From contig OX597835.1 of NCBI GenBank assembly GCA_951406725.2, positions 50,530,001 through 50,594,000 of the forward strand: a stretch of DNA of 64,000 nucleotides. The letters are read 5' to 3'. Every line of letters begins with the position of its first letter. Within the stretch, counting starts at the first letter, position 1. The translations under genes were made by a program, and so were the position numbers. This DNA is from Octopus vulgaris (lineage: Eukaryota). Shown here in pieces: positions 38,611 to 52,700 of the stretch. The notes under the pieces were generated by a model. It searched no databases and was not told where the DNA came from. It saw only the letters and a list, made by a program, of their open reading frames with translations.

Positions 38611-39005
38611 CTAGCAGTATCGCCCGGCGTTGCTCGGCTTTGTTTCGACCCTTTAGAATTGGAATTTTTGAAAAGTAAAAATTTTCGCATTATGTAGCTT
38701 GTTTATTCTCTTTAAGTGAACATTTTTCTGGTTGAAATACACCGAAAAACGGCGACACAGCAGTCAAAAAATCGTAAAAAATAGGGATTTTAATAGAAAA
38801 AAAATCACCTTTTTGATGTAAATAATTTTTGGTGTTAACATGGTCTGATTTGAATTTTTTCTTCTACAGAAGGAAGAGCAAACCTTCTTCTATCATACTC
38901 TCAATTTTGGTCAACTCGCACCGCAGGGTCTCGGAGGAAATAGTGTTAGTTGAAGACTACCAAACCTGCCACACACAGACAACTTCAGCTTTATATAGAG
39001 AGAGA
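38611..39005 (-). mobile_element. Non-autonomous Helitron
   Basis: Minus: A|TCtctctctatataaagctgaagttgt ... ccgagcaacgccgggcgatactgCTAG|T; 3' end identical to 22081-22107. Confidence 0.85.
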
Positions 39006-39023
39006 TATACATGTATGTATGTG

Positions 39024-39054
<31 letters not shown>

Positions 39055-39059
39055 ATGTG

Positions 39060-39092
<33 letters not shown>

Positions 39093-39097
39093 ATGTG

Positions 39098-39128
<31 letters not shown>

Positions 39129-39133
39129 ATGTG

Positions 39134-39166
<33 letters not shown>

Positions 39167-39591
39167 ATGTGTATATATATATATATATATACATGTATGT
39201 ATGTGTATATATATATATATATACATGTATGTATGTGTATATATATATATATATATACATGTATGTATGTGTATATATATATATATATACATGTATGTAT
39301 ATATATATATGTATGTATATGTATGTATATATATATATGTATGTATATGTATGTATATATATATATGTATGTATATGTATGTATATATATATATGTATGT
39401 ATATGTATGTATATATATATATGTATGTATATGTATGTATATATATATATGTATGTATATGTATGTATATATATATATGTATGTATATGTATGTATATAT
39501 ATATATGTATGTATATGTATGTATATATATATATGTATGTATATATATGTATATGTGTATATATATACATGTATGTATATGTGTATATATA

Positions 39592-39625
<34 letters not shown>

Positions 39626-39709
39626 ATTCGAGACAAAACCACTATTTTAAAACCAAACAAGGAAAGACTTAATCAATACATAAAATTTTAATATAAATTA
39701 AATAAACCG

Positions 39710-39753
39710 CCACTACAAATGTTTCATGTGTGCTACCGACAATCTTCAGGTGG
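39710..39753 (-). ncRNA. Minimal hammerhead (stem II mismatch)
   Basis: Minus: CCAC CUGAAGA UUGUC GGUAGCA CACAU GAAAC AUUU GUA GUGG. Confidence 0.7.
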
Positions 39754-39797
39754 ATTTTCGATCTTCTAATCAGTATCAAATTTTGAAGATCGAAAAT

Positions 39798-39841
39798 CCA
39801 CCTGAAGATTGTCGGTAGCAGACATGAAACATTTGTAGTGG
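39798..39841 (+). ncRNA. Minimal hammerhead ribozyme
   Basis: CCAC CUGAAGA UUGUC GGUAGCA GACAU GAAAC AUUU GUA^GUGG. Confidence 0.8.
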
Positions 39842-40010
39842 CAGTTTATTTAATTTATATTAAAATTTTATGTATTGATTAAGTCTTTCCTTGTTTGGTT
39901 TTAAAATAGTGGTTTTGTCTCGAATTATATTATATAATATTTTACTATAAAATTGGATTTAACCCTAAATCTGATTTTTCCCTGTAATTTTGGATTCATT
40001 CCCTAATATT

Positions 40011-40058
<48 letters not shown>

Positions 40059-40315
40059 ATATGTGTATATATATATATATACATGTATGTGTATATATTA
40101 TGTATATGTGTATATATATATATATACATGTATGTATATGTGTATATATATATATACATGTATGTATATGTGTATATATATATATATACATGTATGTATA
40201 TGTGTGTGTATGTATATGTGTATATATATATATATATACATGTATGTATATGTGTGTGTATATATATATGGGCAATAAAGAAATATATATATATGTATAT
40301 ATACATGTATGTATA

Positions 40316-40360
<45 letters not shown>

Positions 40361-40363
40361 ATA

Positions 40364-40403
<40 letters not shown>

Positions 40404-40415
40404 AATGTATGTATA

Positions 40416-40457
<42 letters not shown>

Positions 40458-40465
40458 CGTATATG

Positions 40466-40506
<41 letters not shown>

Positions 40507-40856
40507 GAAGGCGCATGGCTCAGTGGTTAGAGCGTCGAGCTTACAATCGTGAGGTTGTGAGCTCGAATCCCGGACCGGGCTGCGTGTTGTGTTCTTGAGC
40601 AAGGCACTTTATTTCACGTTGCTCCAGTTCACTCAGCTGTAGAAATGAGTTGCGACGTCACTGGTGCCAAGCTGTATTGACCTTTGATTTCCCTTGGATA
40701 ACACTGGTGGCGTGGAGAGGGGAGGCTTGTATGCATGGGCGACTGCTGGTCTTCCATAAACAACCTTGCCCGGACTTGTGTCTAGGAGGGTAACTTTCTA
40801 GGTGCAATCCCATGGTCATTCATGACCGAAGGGGGTCTTTACCTTTTTTTTTTTTA
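40507..40856 (+). mobile_element. Well-preserved tRNA-derived SINE
   Basis: GGCGCATGGCTCAGTGGTTAGAGCG (A box)...GCTCGAATCCC (B box), then gtgttcttgagcaaggcacttta central domain and T-rich tail; related minus-strand copy at about 27905-28190. Confidence 0.85.
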
Positions 40857-40891
40857 CATGTATGTATATGTATGTATATATATATGTATGT

Positions 40892-40975
<84 letters not shown>

Positions 40976-40978
40976 ATA

Positions 40979-41023
<45 letters not shown>

Positions 41024-41025
41024 AT

Positions 41026-41115
<90 letters not shown>

Positions 41116-41122
41116 ATGTATG

Positions 41123-41169
<47 letters not shown>

Positions 41170-41172
41170 ATA

Positions 41173-41215
<43 letters not shown>

Positions 41216-41252
41216 GTATGTATATGTGTGTATATATATATATATACATGTA

Positions 41253-41284
<32 letters not shown>

Positions 41285-41316
41285 CATGTATGTATATGTG
41301 TGTATATATATATATA

Positions 41317-41787
41317 TCGAAATCGATCAATGGAAATTGCGGATGTGCTACCAGTGCCGGTGGCATGTCGAAACTCTGCTTGTGAAGACCCATTGAGGCA
41401 AGTGAGGATCAGAATCGAAATCGATCAATGGAAATTGCAGATGTGTTACCAGTGCCGGTGGCATGTAAGAGAACTTTCCATTTCGCGACCGTTGCCAGCA
41501 CCGCCCCGTTTCGTGTCCGTTGCCAGCCTCGCCTGGACCTCGTGCCGGTGGCACATAAAAAGCACCATCCGTTCGTGGCTGTTTGCCAGCTCTGTCTGGC
41601 ACCAGTGCGGGTGGCACATAAAAAGCACCCACTACACTCACGGAGTGGTTGGCGTTAGGAAGGGCATCCAGCCGTAGAAACACTGCCAGATTTGACTGGG
41701 CCTGATGAAGCCTTCTGGCTTCACAGACCCCAGTAGAACCGTCCAACCCATGCTAGCATGGAAAACGGATGCTAAATGATGATGATG
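41317..41787 (+). mobile_element. RTE LINE 3'UTR fragment
   Basis: Nearly identical to 4760-5049; GAT tail. Confidence 0.85.
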
Positions 41788-41789
41788 TA

Positions 41790-41825
<36 letters not shown>

Positions 41826-41979
41826 CATATACATGTATGTATATGTGTATATATATATATACATATATATGTATGTATATGTGTATATATATATATACAT
41901 ATATATGTATGTATATGTGTATATATATGTATGTATATGTATGTTTATGTACATATATATGTATGTATATGTATATTTA

Positions 41980-42024
<45 letters not shown>

Positions 42025-42159
42025 TTTTTTATCTAAGGGGAGGCAATGTGAGGAACAACCACAGGCACATCACAAAATTCAAAGAAATGAGACCAAACCC
42101 ATACAAATCTTTTATACTAATTCATATCTAAACAGTCCGACATCTTAAAAATTTTTAAA

Positions 42160-42468
42160 TTCAGTAATATATAAGTATCATATAGAAATATAAATATAAG
42201 TTTTGCATATAACACGCTTAAAACTGTTAGAGTAAGAGAAATAAATATAATGATCATAAAATAAAAATATGGACTTCTGTATATCTTATATTTTTGTAGG
42301 CTTGTATATGTATTATATTCTATGTACTATTCGTCGGAATGATATGCCATATTTTTATTTTATTATCATTATATTTATTTCTCTTATTCTAACAGTTTTA
42401 AGCGTGTTATATGCAAAATTTATATTTGTATTTTTATTTGTATATGATACTTATATATTACTGAATTT
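42160..42468. repeat. AT-rich inverted repeat (~110-bp arms)
   Basis: aaattcagtaatatataagtatcata...ttttgcatataacacgcttaaaactgttag and its reverse complement. Confidence 0.75.
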
Positions 42469-44520
42469 TTATTTCGGGACAATGTTAAATAGGGCAGGGC
42501 CTGTTGAGGAAAAGAAATTATGTTGCAGTGTACATGTATGCTGTGATCTCGAAGTGGGCAGGGGACGTTTGGCCCGTGGTCCCAGTCTTGGATGAACCTT
42601 GAAGCTATTGTTCAGGTTGTTTGGGCAAAGTTGGCAGTATATTCTCCACATTGTACAAATGATGTACCACTCACGGCGACGCTGGAGAGAGTAGAGTTTC
42701 AAGACTTTAAGGCGATCCCAATAATCGAGAGCAGCCATGCCTTCAATTCGTTTAGTGAGTGCCCTCTGGGGTGATTCAATCCTGGAGATCTTTTGTCTTG
42801 TATGGGGAGACCACAGTGGGCAGCAGTATTCGAGGTGTGGCATACAAAGGAGGAGAAAAGTGGTATGATGACACCTTGTTCTCTGGACCGGAAAGTTCTT
42901 AAGATCCAGGAACAAATAAAAATATAAATATAAATATAAATTTTGCATATAACACGCTTAAAACTGTTAGAGTAAGAGAAATATATCGACCTTATTGTTG
43001 ATGTGTGCACTCCAACTGAGATCGTCATCAACAATTACACCCAGGTCTCTGATATTGTTAGAGGCTGTGAGCGGTTCCCCTGAAGGAAGAGAGAATGGCT
43101 ATTTTAGTGAGGAATTTCTTCCAAAATGCATCAGCTCAAATTTTCCCTTGTTCAGTTGCATTTTGTTTCTGTCTGCCCATTGACTCACAGCATATAGATC
43201 AGACAGGAGTTGAGTTCGGTCTGCTTCTTCATTGATGATTTGCTGGAGCTTAGTGTCATCAGCAAATATTTTCACTTTGCAGTAATGTACGACACGGGAA
43301 AGGTCGTTTATGTAAATTATGAGGAGTAGTGGGCCCAAGACAGTCCCCTGGGACACACCGCTGGTGACTTTTGCTGGGCTTGAGTGGACTCCAACGACTA
43401 CAACATGTTGTGTTCTATTCGCCAGGAAATACTTAATCCAGTGTAGAACTTTTCCACGGATTCCAACATTTGCCAATTTTGAGAGTAGGATGCTATGGTC
43501 TACTCTGTCGAACGCTTTACTGAAGTCAAGATATATGACATCAGAGTTCGAGCCTGTTCCCAAGGCTTTGAGTATATCTTCAACGTGGTGTAAGAGCTGT
43601 GTTAGACAGTCCCTGCCACAGCGAAAGCCATGCTGATTTGCATTTAGGAGTTTGTGGGTCTCCAGGAAGTTAGCTATCCTTGATCTTAACACTCTTTCAA
43701 ACACTTCAAAAATTAACTAACTAACTAACTTTAATGATGTGAGAGGTGAGTGAGATTGGGCGATAGTTGACTGCGAGGGATCTGTTTCCCTGTTTGAAAA
43801 CCGGGATGACAGACTGGGATAGAAGCTGTTTCGGTATATAACCTGAGTCTAACGAATTTCTCTAGACGTTGGTTAGAGGGACTGGCAAGTTGGTGTCTAC
43901 ATTCCTTCAGGAAACTAGTGGGGAATCTATCAGGGCCTACATCAGAATAGTATTTGACCTTATTTATTGCTGCTATGATGTCTGAGGCAGTGAAGGTTAT
44001 GTCCGAGATTTTATGTTGGGAATCAACTTCGTTTGCTTCTCTTACATCAATATCAGTGGGAACACTAAAGACACAGCAGTATTGTTTCTGCAGTATTTCT
44101 GCCATTTCTTTAGCATCGTGTTGGGGAATGCCGTTATCATCAATCAATGGCCCAATGGGTGAGACAGTGGTTTGATGCTTATTTGCATAAGAATAGAACA
44201 CTTTTGGGTTCTGTTTGATGTTTTTGATTACCCACTGTTCCTCCACAGCTCTTTGATTTTCAATGGAGGTTTTCATGTCGGTCTGCAGATGAAGTTTTTC
44301 CAACTCCAGCCTTTTCATTGTTGTTGAATGTGGCTGTTGTATGTGGGAATATTTTAATTGGTTGATTTTTTTATTGAGTCTTTTGATGTGCCTGATGAGT
44401 GTTTTTTTCTTTTTAGGGAGCCGGTTTCTGTTTGTGTTAGTAGATTTCGTAGGAGCGTGTTTAGAGCATGTATGGGTGACAATGTTCTCAAAGTGCTGCC
44501 ATGCGGTCTCAATTTGGGTG
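42469..44520 (-). mobile_element. CR1/L2-group LINE fragment (RT)
   Basis: QHGFR.GR.CLTQLL, YLDFSKAFDRV.H, SGV.QGTVLGPLL, FADDTKL, LEYCCPLWSP, YSLQRRR. Confidence 0.88.
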
Positions 44521-44540
44521 GAAATTGAATTCATTTTAAC

Positions 44541-44740
44541 AATCCAACCGTCCTTTCACATGGAACTTCGTCTTTTTCTAAATCCAAAGCCGCTGAAGTG
44601 ACCATATATATAATGGAACTGTGATTATGTATATCAGAAAAAAATATATGTCGAAACAATTTGTTAGCCTTTTATGGTTTTTATAATTATTTTTGTTATA
44701 TAATATTGTTATATATTATATTCATAGTATTTAATGTAAA
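44541..44740 (+). mobile_element. PLE terminal-repeat-like segment, inverted partner of 33200-33410
   Basis: Reverse-complement match with the same inner boundary (aatcca.ccgtcctttcaca). Confidence 0.55.
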
Positions 44741-44787
44741 TGTGTATATATAGTGTATATGTATATGTACATATATGTGTGTATATA

Positions 44788-44818
<31 letters not shown>

Positions 44819-44859
44819 GCATATATATGTGTGTGTGTGTATACAAAATAAGAAAATGG

Positions 44860-45803
44860 AGAAATACACCTTAATCAATAATCAACTACCAGATAATACC
44901 CAATCACATAATTTATTAACCCACTACATATGAACATCAAGGTCAAACATAATAGTATAGAACAAAACAATGCACATCAATGAGTAATATGATACAATAA
45001 GTACAATATGTATAAGTGAATATAAATAAATATAAATATAAACTACATCTTACAGCTGTTTCAGGCATGCAGATATGGGTATCTCATTATGCTCATATTA
45101 GCCAGGTGTGATAAGTTAATATGTGGTTATAAATGAGACACTTACAAAAATATCCCAAGGCCTCTTCAGAGATTATAAAGTACAATCTAAACTAAATATG
45201 AATATCAGAGGAGGTGCACCCATATAAGAGTGGGTACATACCCATAATATATAATATACACATACATATGAGTGCATATACCCATACTTCTATATATATA
45301 TATATATACATAATAATATACAGCAATATACATACATATGTTCTATATTCAAGGTTACAGTTGGTCAAAACAATATATTAGAATATTACAATATACAAAC
45401 ATACACATATCTATATTCAAATGCACATATATAAAGTCAAGAGTTCATTATATCAAGTTACAAAATGCCATTAATATTACTATCGTTATTATTACCATTA
45501 CCACCATTGCTACTAATATTATTATTATTATTTTTATTAATAACAATAATACCAGCAAAACAATATATGTATCACGCTGTTCACAGTACATATTATGTGG
45601 AAAAAATCAGGTAGAATACATCGACATCATAATATATTGGCATAGCAATATAATAGCAACAATAATAATAATACAGTACAATGCAAAACATTATAAATCG
45701 GCAAATACATATATATATATTTTTCATATATACATTTTATATATATATATTATATATCAATATATTTTTATAGATATTATTTATATATTTATTATATACA
45801 CAT

Positions 45804-45852
<49 letters not shown>

Positions 45853-46780
45853 CTTATTTTATAAATATGCATACATACATATATATATATATTAATTTTA
45901 TGTTTGATTGCTGCTATGTATTAGACTTTTTCTCTTTTTGGTTTTGTTTCTTAGTAAAATTTAGCTAGATGTAGATTTAGACTTAGTTTGTCAGTTACTA
46001 AAACTTAATTCCCAATTTGGTAATTATTAGTTGAAAATGTTTCCTTCATCTGCCTCTTTTTTATTGTTTTTGTAAGATTATTGATGACTTTTTATTTGGA
46101 ATGGACTAAAAATCTATTTTTGACCTGAATCTCCTTAGGAATGATGTTTCTGCTGTGATTTCTCGTTTCCCTTGCTATTCAAATCACTACTAACAATATT
46201 TTCAAATTCTTTCTGTTCAAGCAACCAGACATCTCTTATGACCTCAACTTTACTAAAAACCCAAGCATTTCATCTCTCTGCTTTGGTGATTATTGAGAAT
46301 TTTAGTTGCATCAGTGCCATTACAAATTATTGCCTGGGAACTAGATTAACTTCTTAATATTTCTCAGGTGATTAGAATGTCTGTGAATTTAAGTATCTTA
46401 GTTTATGAACAAGGTAAGAATTTGTGCAGTGAAGGGTTATATCTGAGTATTTAGTTTTAGTCGTCATGTGTGCTTCAATCCTGATTTTGAAGCATATATT
46501 CTTAAAAAATTGTGTCAAGTTTGTCCTAAATCTATCAGCTGTTTGTAGGCTATGTTTTTGTAAAATTAGCTTATTTCTATATAGACCATTTATACATTAG
46601 AAAACAAATTTTTGAATTAAATGAGAGGAATAAGCTGAAAATATTACTGAATTCAGCAGAGTCTAAGAATCCTATTGGGATATCAAGAGATATTTTTTTA
46701 TTTATCTAAATATCTCTAAGAAAAAGATACATAATGAACATTTTGAGATGAATGAATTTGGTACAAATTTTGTGGAAATC
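44860..46780 (-). mobile_element. Highly degenerate Naiad-like PLE
   Basis: Minus-strand remnants PIGFLDSAE..., GLYRN, DRFRTNLTQFFKNICFKIRIE...YSDITL (46350-46700) parallel the RT/thumb of the 8570-11513 element; hammerhead at its 3' end. Confidence 0.6.
45047..45173 (-). ncRNA. Hammerhead-like motif with ~100-nt stem II insertion
   Basis: Minus: AUCU CUGAAGA GGC...GCCU GAAAC AGCU GUA AGAU; palindromic stem III ACAGCUGU. Confidence 0.62.
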
Positions 46781-47029
46781 AATTTAAACAATTTGATAAC
46801 ATCTAATTTATTGTTCCACAGAAGCAAGAGCAAAACATTTTGGACTTCAAGGATAATTCTGGGGGGGGTTATGTAATCACCGAAACTTAGTCTTAGTGGT
46901 GGGGTTAATCATTTGAACAGTTAGTTTATGCACAAAATATCCAACAGGTGAAACGTGGTTTGCTTATGTCAGGTAAATGAGTAGTGATCTGTCTACAGAG
47001 CTATTTATATCATGAAAAGTTGTTCAATT

Positions 47030-47305
47030 TGACTGTAGCCAATGCCAGTGTCAGTTGACTGGCACCTGTGCTGGTGGCCTGTAAAAAGCACCATTCAAGC
47101 GTCTGGCAGATGCCAGTGTCATGTCAATGGTATCTGTGCTGGTAGTATGTAAAAAGCACCCACTACACACTTGGAGTGGTTGGTGTTAGGAAGGGCATCC
47201 AGCCATAGAAAGGGCCAGCAAACCAGATTGGAACCCTGGCTGACCAATTTTCACTCAAACAGTCCAACCCATGCCAGCATGGAAAACAGACATTAAATGA
47301 GGATA
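47030..47305 (+). mobile_element. Degenerate RTE 3'-end fragment
   Basis: aaaaagcacccactacac...ggagtggttgg...aggaagggcatccagc...aacccatgccagcatggaaaac. Confidence 0.75.
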
Positions 47306-48303
47306 ATGTAATTATTAGTAATTGTCTAAGAAATATATTTGTGACACAAAGTTCAGCCTATCTGATATGCATTTATTTTTTGTCTTATCAGGTTGAGGTA
47401 TCATATTTCTAATTTTCTAACTTCAATTTTTACCATTAGTTCTTTCTGGAGATGGTTATTGTATTTATCATCGCTGTCTTTTTATGAAATTTTGAGTTTT
47501 CTGATGGAAGCACTTACAATTTTTTTCAATTTAGAATGAAGATACTTTTCAGATATTCAATTCCTATTTAATTACCTTGTAAAAAAAATGGTTTCTGATA
47601 AATTTTTTTAATATTATGAATAATAGCCATAGTTACCATTAAAGAACTCAAGTCAAGAAACAGCTGTGAAATATCTTTAATAAATATTAAGACAGTAAGC
47701 TTAAATTGTTTCACTTAAACTTGATATTCATAGCTTAATGATTAAAAATATCAACTCCAGGAATCCAAACACTTGGTAGATGCAGGGAAGAATACTTCTT
47801 TTTTCTCTCTTTTAATTATTTAATCTTAATATTTTATTTTATTTATTTGTGATAATACAATTATCTCTTCTAAGTTATCATCTTTTCTATTATTTCACTT
47901 CAATCACATTTTCAGTTATATTCTTCCTTTCAAATTTCTAATTAGTTTCCTTCTAAATTATCTTCTAATTTTTATTATTTTTCTTTACACTTCTTTAACA
48001 TTTGTTTTCAACTTGATTTAACATAGTTATTAGTGAATTATCCCACTTAAGTCATTTATTCGTTATTCATTATTTAGTCATACGACCTGCAACATCCAAT
48101 GCAGTAGTTATGTTGGCATGCCATCTTGAATTTCATAAGAATGTTGACAGTTTCCTCATATTTCTACCATCTGAAAAATCTTAGCATGTAGAAACTGCAA
48201 GTAACAGTGCAAGTGGCATCATTCAAATAAACAAACCACCACATGCACTTTGTTTTATTTTATTACCAATGTGTGTCTATAATTTTTACTGATATATCAA
48301 TTC

Positions 48304-48337
<34 letters not shown>

Positions 48338-48768
48338 TTTATTATTTGACTTTGGCATTGTGATACTGATAACCTGTTGTTAGTATCACAACTCAATACA
48401 GGCATGCTTCTAAACAAAGCATTAGTCAATTAAAGAGTAGCAATAAGAAAAGAGATGACAAAAGCATAAACAGTTGTCTTTGTTATATTATCCTATATCT
48501 GTGTGTGATCTTTTCTTCTCTATTGTTCTATCATGTTCTGCTCTTAAAGATCAATTGTATTACAATACATTTATTTACAAGCTCCCAAATATTGGTTCAG
48601 CAGGATCCAAACTATGGATTCAGCAATTCACTTCACCTTTTTATGTTGATGTCAACTTAAAGATTAATGACAAACATTATTGAAATTCATATTTATTTCA
48701 GTTATAAGCAATTCCAATGAATTGTATTTGTTTTTTTGTTTTTTTTTTTGTTTTTTTTTACTGTACAG

Positions 48769-48831
48769 GTGAAAAGCCAGAGTAAGAAAACTTATACAGG
48801 GCTCAAATCTAAAATTGAAGACTTCTACAAG
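48769..48831 (+). CDS. DENND1: DENND1 exon (VKSQSKKTYTGLKSKIEDFYK)
   Basis: Poly-T tract + tacag acceptor, AAG/gtattc donor, phase 0-0; basic helix like AKDHAKMGIKEVKNRLK. Confidence 0.78.
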
Positions 48832-49665
48832 GTATTCAAATATATTTGTGGTTGCACTCTCACCTCCACTTCCACCTTTTTTGCTTCCACTGTATTCTGT
48901 TACCATGTTTTTTTTAACCAAACTTCTTCAATAAATTTGGTTGGAAATTTAATTTTCTTACTAAAAAATTTACCTTCATGGAAATTGTATATATGTGCAT
49001 ATGCAAAATTTGTACACAAAGAATGCATGCATTGAATTTTTCCAAAACCCACCTGATTTGAATTCAAAAATTTTTCCCCTTTCCTATTAACATGAAAAAT
49101 TTGCATTGTTTTGTTTCTGACATAACCTAAGCATGTCATTTGATTGACTTTAAGTTCATATTAGTTGATTGATTGATTGAGATATTTGATCTCACATTTG
49201 CAAACAATCTTCTTCATAATCAATTATACAAAAATGAAAAAAAAGTTTTGCGTTTTGGTTTACAGTGAATAGACATCATGGAGGAAGTCTACAGGTGTTT
49301 CTTTTTTCTCCAAGATTGTAGCACAAATGAAGCCAAAAACCAAACAACAAATTTTAAATAACAATGATTAATGATGCTGATGTTAATAATGACAATAATT
49401 CTCATATTCTAATGTCAGAAATAGTCAACATTGTAAATTTAAATCCTTCACTAATCTTGTCAATTCAATCCATAATTCCTGCTTTTGTCTGCATCTTTGC
49501 AGAATGGTCACTGACAGTAAACCATCCATTGTAGTCCCGTGGCTATGACAATTTAATATGGATCAGTGGTCTCTTAATACATTGCCACATCTCTAATACT
49601 ATCCAATTGTGAGATATTTGATTTTATTTCTGCTTTCCTTTCCTTTCTGCATCCTAATTTTCAAG

Positions 49666-49767
49666 GAGGATCTGATTCCAGGAAGTAATAAACTCACAAA
49701 TTTGAAAATCCGATCTGGAGGAATAAAGCCTTCCACAATTCTTGCTTCTGAATTAAAGTCACTGAGG
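49666..49767 (+). CDS. DENND1: Probable DENND1 exon (EDLIPGSNKLTNLKIRSGGIKPSTILASELKSLR)
   Basis: Pyrimidine tract + aag acceptor, gtaaga donor, 102 nt open in phase 0; no motif-level homology recognised. Confidence 0.6.
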
Positions 49768-52700
49768 GTAAGATGAGATCATTAAATAACTATATCGAAA
49801 GGGTCTTGAAAATTAAGTCATTTTGTTAAAACTTTCCCCTTTTTTTTTTTGTAAATGCTTACATTACATAAACCTTCGTAATTATCTTTCAATTAACCAT
49901 CTCTCTCTGGCTACTTTGATAATCATTTTGAAATTTTGTTTTCTAAAAATTTGAAAAAAGGATTTTCATGATCTTGAAAACTGAAATCGAAATATGGTAC
50001 TTTTGCATCACATTTCAATGTTCTGACTAATATCTCCCCTTCTTTAGACTCTAGTGGCAGATTTTGGTTTAGTTTGCAGTTTTAGCCCTGACATATTTGA
50101 CTTAGTCACAATACCTCTTTTGATATATGGTATGATAGAAATAATACTCTCCAAGACACACTAGGAATCATTTCATGATGTGTGATATTTGTGTAATTCA
50201 CTCTTTAGGTGTCTTAAAATACAACTGTCTTGAGTAGTAGACGCTGGAACATCTGTTTTGTTATTTTCAAAACAGATATTCTTATTTTTTCGATTCCACT
50301 CAAGATGGTCATAGGTTGTTTATATGACTGAAGATTGAATTATGCAAATATGACCGACTTACGGATAGCGTTGTGATTAAGAAGTTTGCTTCTCAATCAT
50401 GTGGCTTTGGGTTCAGTTCAACTGCATGGAACTTTGGGTAGTGTTTTCTACTAAAGCCTTGTGTCAACCAATTCTTTGTGAAGGAATTTGATTGATGCAA
50501 ACCAAAAGAAGCCTGTTTGTATGCGTTTGGGTTTGTCTATGAGTGTTTACAAAACCATGCTGGTTAACAGCTTCAACCAATGATGTTTGAATTCTTTTGA
50601 ATTTTTCTAGGATAAAAATCTCCATACCTGAAAAATGGGTAAGGGTTGAGAATAAGAGGAACTGCCAACTGAAAAAAAAAAAAAACTGCCTTAATTCTCT
50701 CCCATTCAGACCATGTTAGCCTGAAAAAAAAAAACAGACATTGAACAAATTAGAAATGTAAGGTCAAGAAACAATTCGTAATGCATCTCGGAGATTGTAT
50801 GACAGCATTCTCATACTACAACAACAACAAATCTAATCTTCAATAGTTTCATCTCGTATATATACTATACATGTTTGAGAATGTACATAAAAGCTATCAA
50901 ATGGATAATTGAGAGCACACTCAAATTTAATTTGACTATTGAATTAATCTTTATATGAGAGAAGTTACTTCATAGTTTCACTGCTGATTGACATCATCAG
51001 ACTGTCAGATTATCCAGTAGTGTGTCCTTCTTTTGTATCAGTAGGGAATATTTGGCTGTAATTTCTAGCTGTCTGATTGACCATGTAGAAGCCCCCTCAT
51101 TAGCTGGTATATATTAAATTTATAAGTGTAGCTGTTTAATACACTTTCTATAAGTAAAACCAATAAGTTAGGCTGATGGCTTTAGTGAAATCTTTCATTT
51201 TTCGTATTAAGAAATATAAGATATTGTGCAAATTGATTTTTTCCTGAATATAAGGGTGGGGGGAACTCACTGTTTTCTTCTGTAGGTATTGGGGTGTTTG
51301 CTTTTTTTCAATCCTGACCTTTCCTCCTTTTCACTCACTGTTTTTCTTTTTTCTTTTTGTGTGTGTGTGTTGCTGTTTTCCCTTCCTCCTGCAACTGCAT
51401 AACTCGTCATTTCAATTTCTGTTAAATGTTTCAATTTATTATTGTACAATATTCTCTCTTTTTTTTTATTTTCTAAATCAGAATTAACAGTTTTTCAAAA
51501 TCTTAAATGCATGTTAAACACCCATAAAGAAATTTTATTCAATTTGTAACTGTTGGTTGTCTATTTAAAAGTCTAACAAACTGGTTGCAATTTTAAAACA
51601 CAAGTTTAGAAAGTTATTAACACAAGAACTTTGCAATTGATCTGTACACATGCATACTCACACCCACACACATACTTTGTTGTAAATGTAATATAATCAC
51701 TTCTCCAGTATTGTACTTTATTGTGCATAATAACAACAGTAATTGCTCTTACTGATGTGTACATTGAAGCAAGGTGTGATGTCATATGTAGAAATGACAG
51801 TATAAGAAGGCAGAGTGCCCCACAGGTTAAATGCTTTTTATCTTGAAGTAATGCTGAGAGATTGGCTGATTAAATTAACAGAATGCTAGTTAATTATCAG
51901 CTAAGATTTCTGCTGCTCAAGTTCTATCATGGATAAGGAGTATAATTCTTCTCTGTAAACAACAGTAGTAGTAATCATCACTGCTGCCACTCTAGTAGTA
52001 GTATTAGTAGTGGTAGTAGTAGTAGTAGTAAAGAATTGGCATGAACTAGGTTCAGCTATTAACAGTGCTGGATTTTGAACATTGTTGCTTTTCATGCCCC
52101 ATTCTTACAGGCATCAATGATCATGGACAGACCACCATGCCAAAGTCAGAAAATTCATGATTTTTCTTAGAAACGATACCAGATTGGTTTCCCATTGCCT
52201 TGTTCTTGTTTATTGACACTTTATCCTACTAGTCTCCTGTTCTCTCATGCTTACCCTTGAGGCACAGGGATAACCCTTAGGAAAGAGAACTGGTTCATGT
52301 GACATCAGGGTATGTCCGTATACCAATGGCCCTGTATGATGCTCTCTTCTGAGTTCTGTATACCTTAGCTACAGGACTGACTTCTGCTGTTTGACCCATA
52401 ACTGGAGCCTTTGACAAGTACTTTGACAAGCCAGAGCAGACTTGAGGTAGTGATGACCAGAGGTAGCTCCGTGCTCTTAAAAACTCTTGAGTCGGATCCT
52501 CACCAGTGGATCCAGCTCAGGGCATTAGCTTTAGCAATTCTGGTGACCTAGAGGGAGACACTTCTGTGCTAGATGAAAAGTATGGGAGAAGGTGAACAGG
52601 AAAGGTTTCTTGGTGCAGAGGAGCTATTACATGGCTGCTCACATAGAGAAGAGTGTCCAGGGTGGAGCTAGAGAGGTAAAAGTAGTGATGGTCAGGATTC

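Larger units (their letters stand above)
39622..40015 (+). mobile_element. Fold-back PLE-derived element (copy 3)
   Basis: Same termini and tail as copies 1-2; arms ~39622-39766 and ~39785-39930. Confidence 0.82.

Noticed and set aside
40507-40582. tRNA gene
   Set aside because: The tRNA-like head continues into a SINE body and tail, and the acceptor stem does not close.
46822-46875. Candidate DENND1 exon after ttccacag
   Set aside because: No convincing donor or homology, and the exon chain already joins in frame without it.
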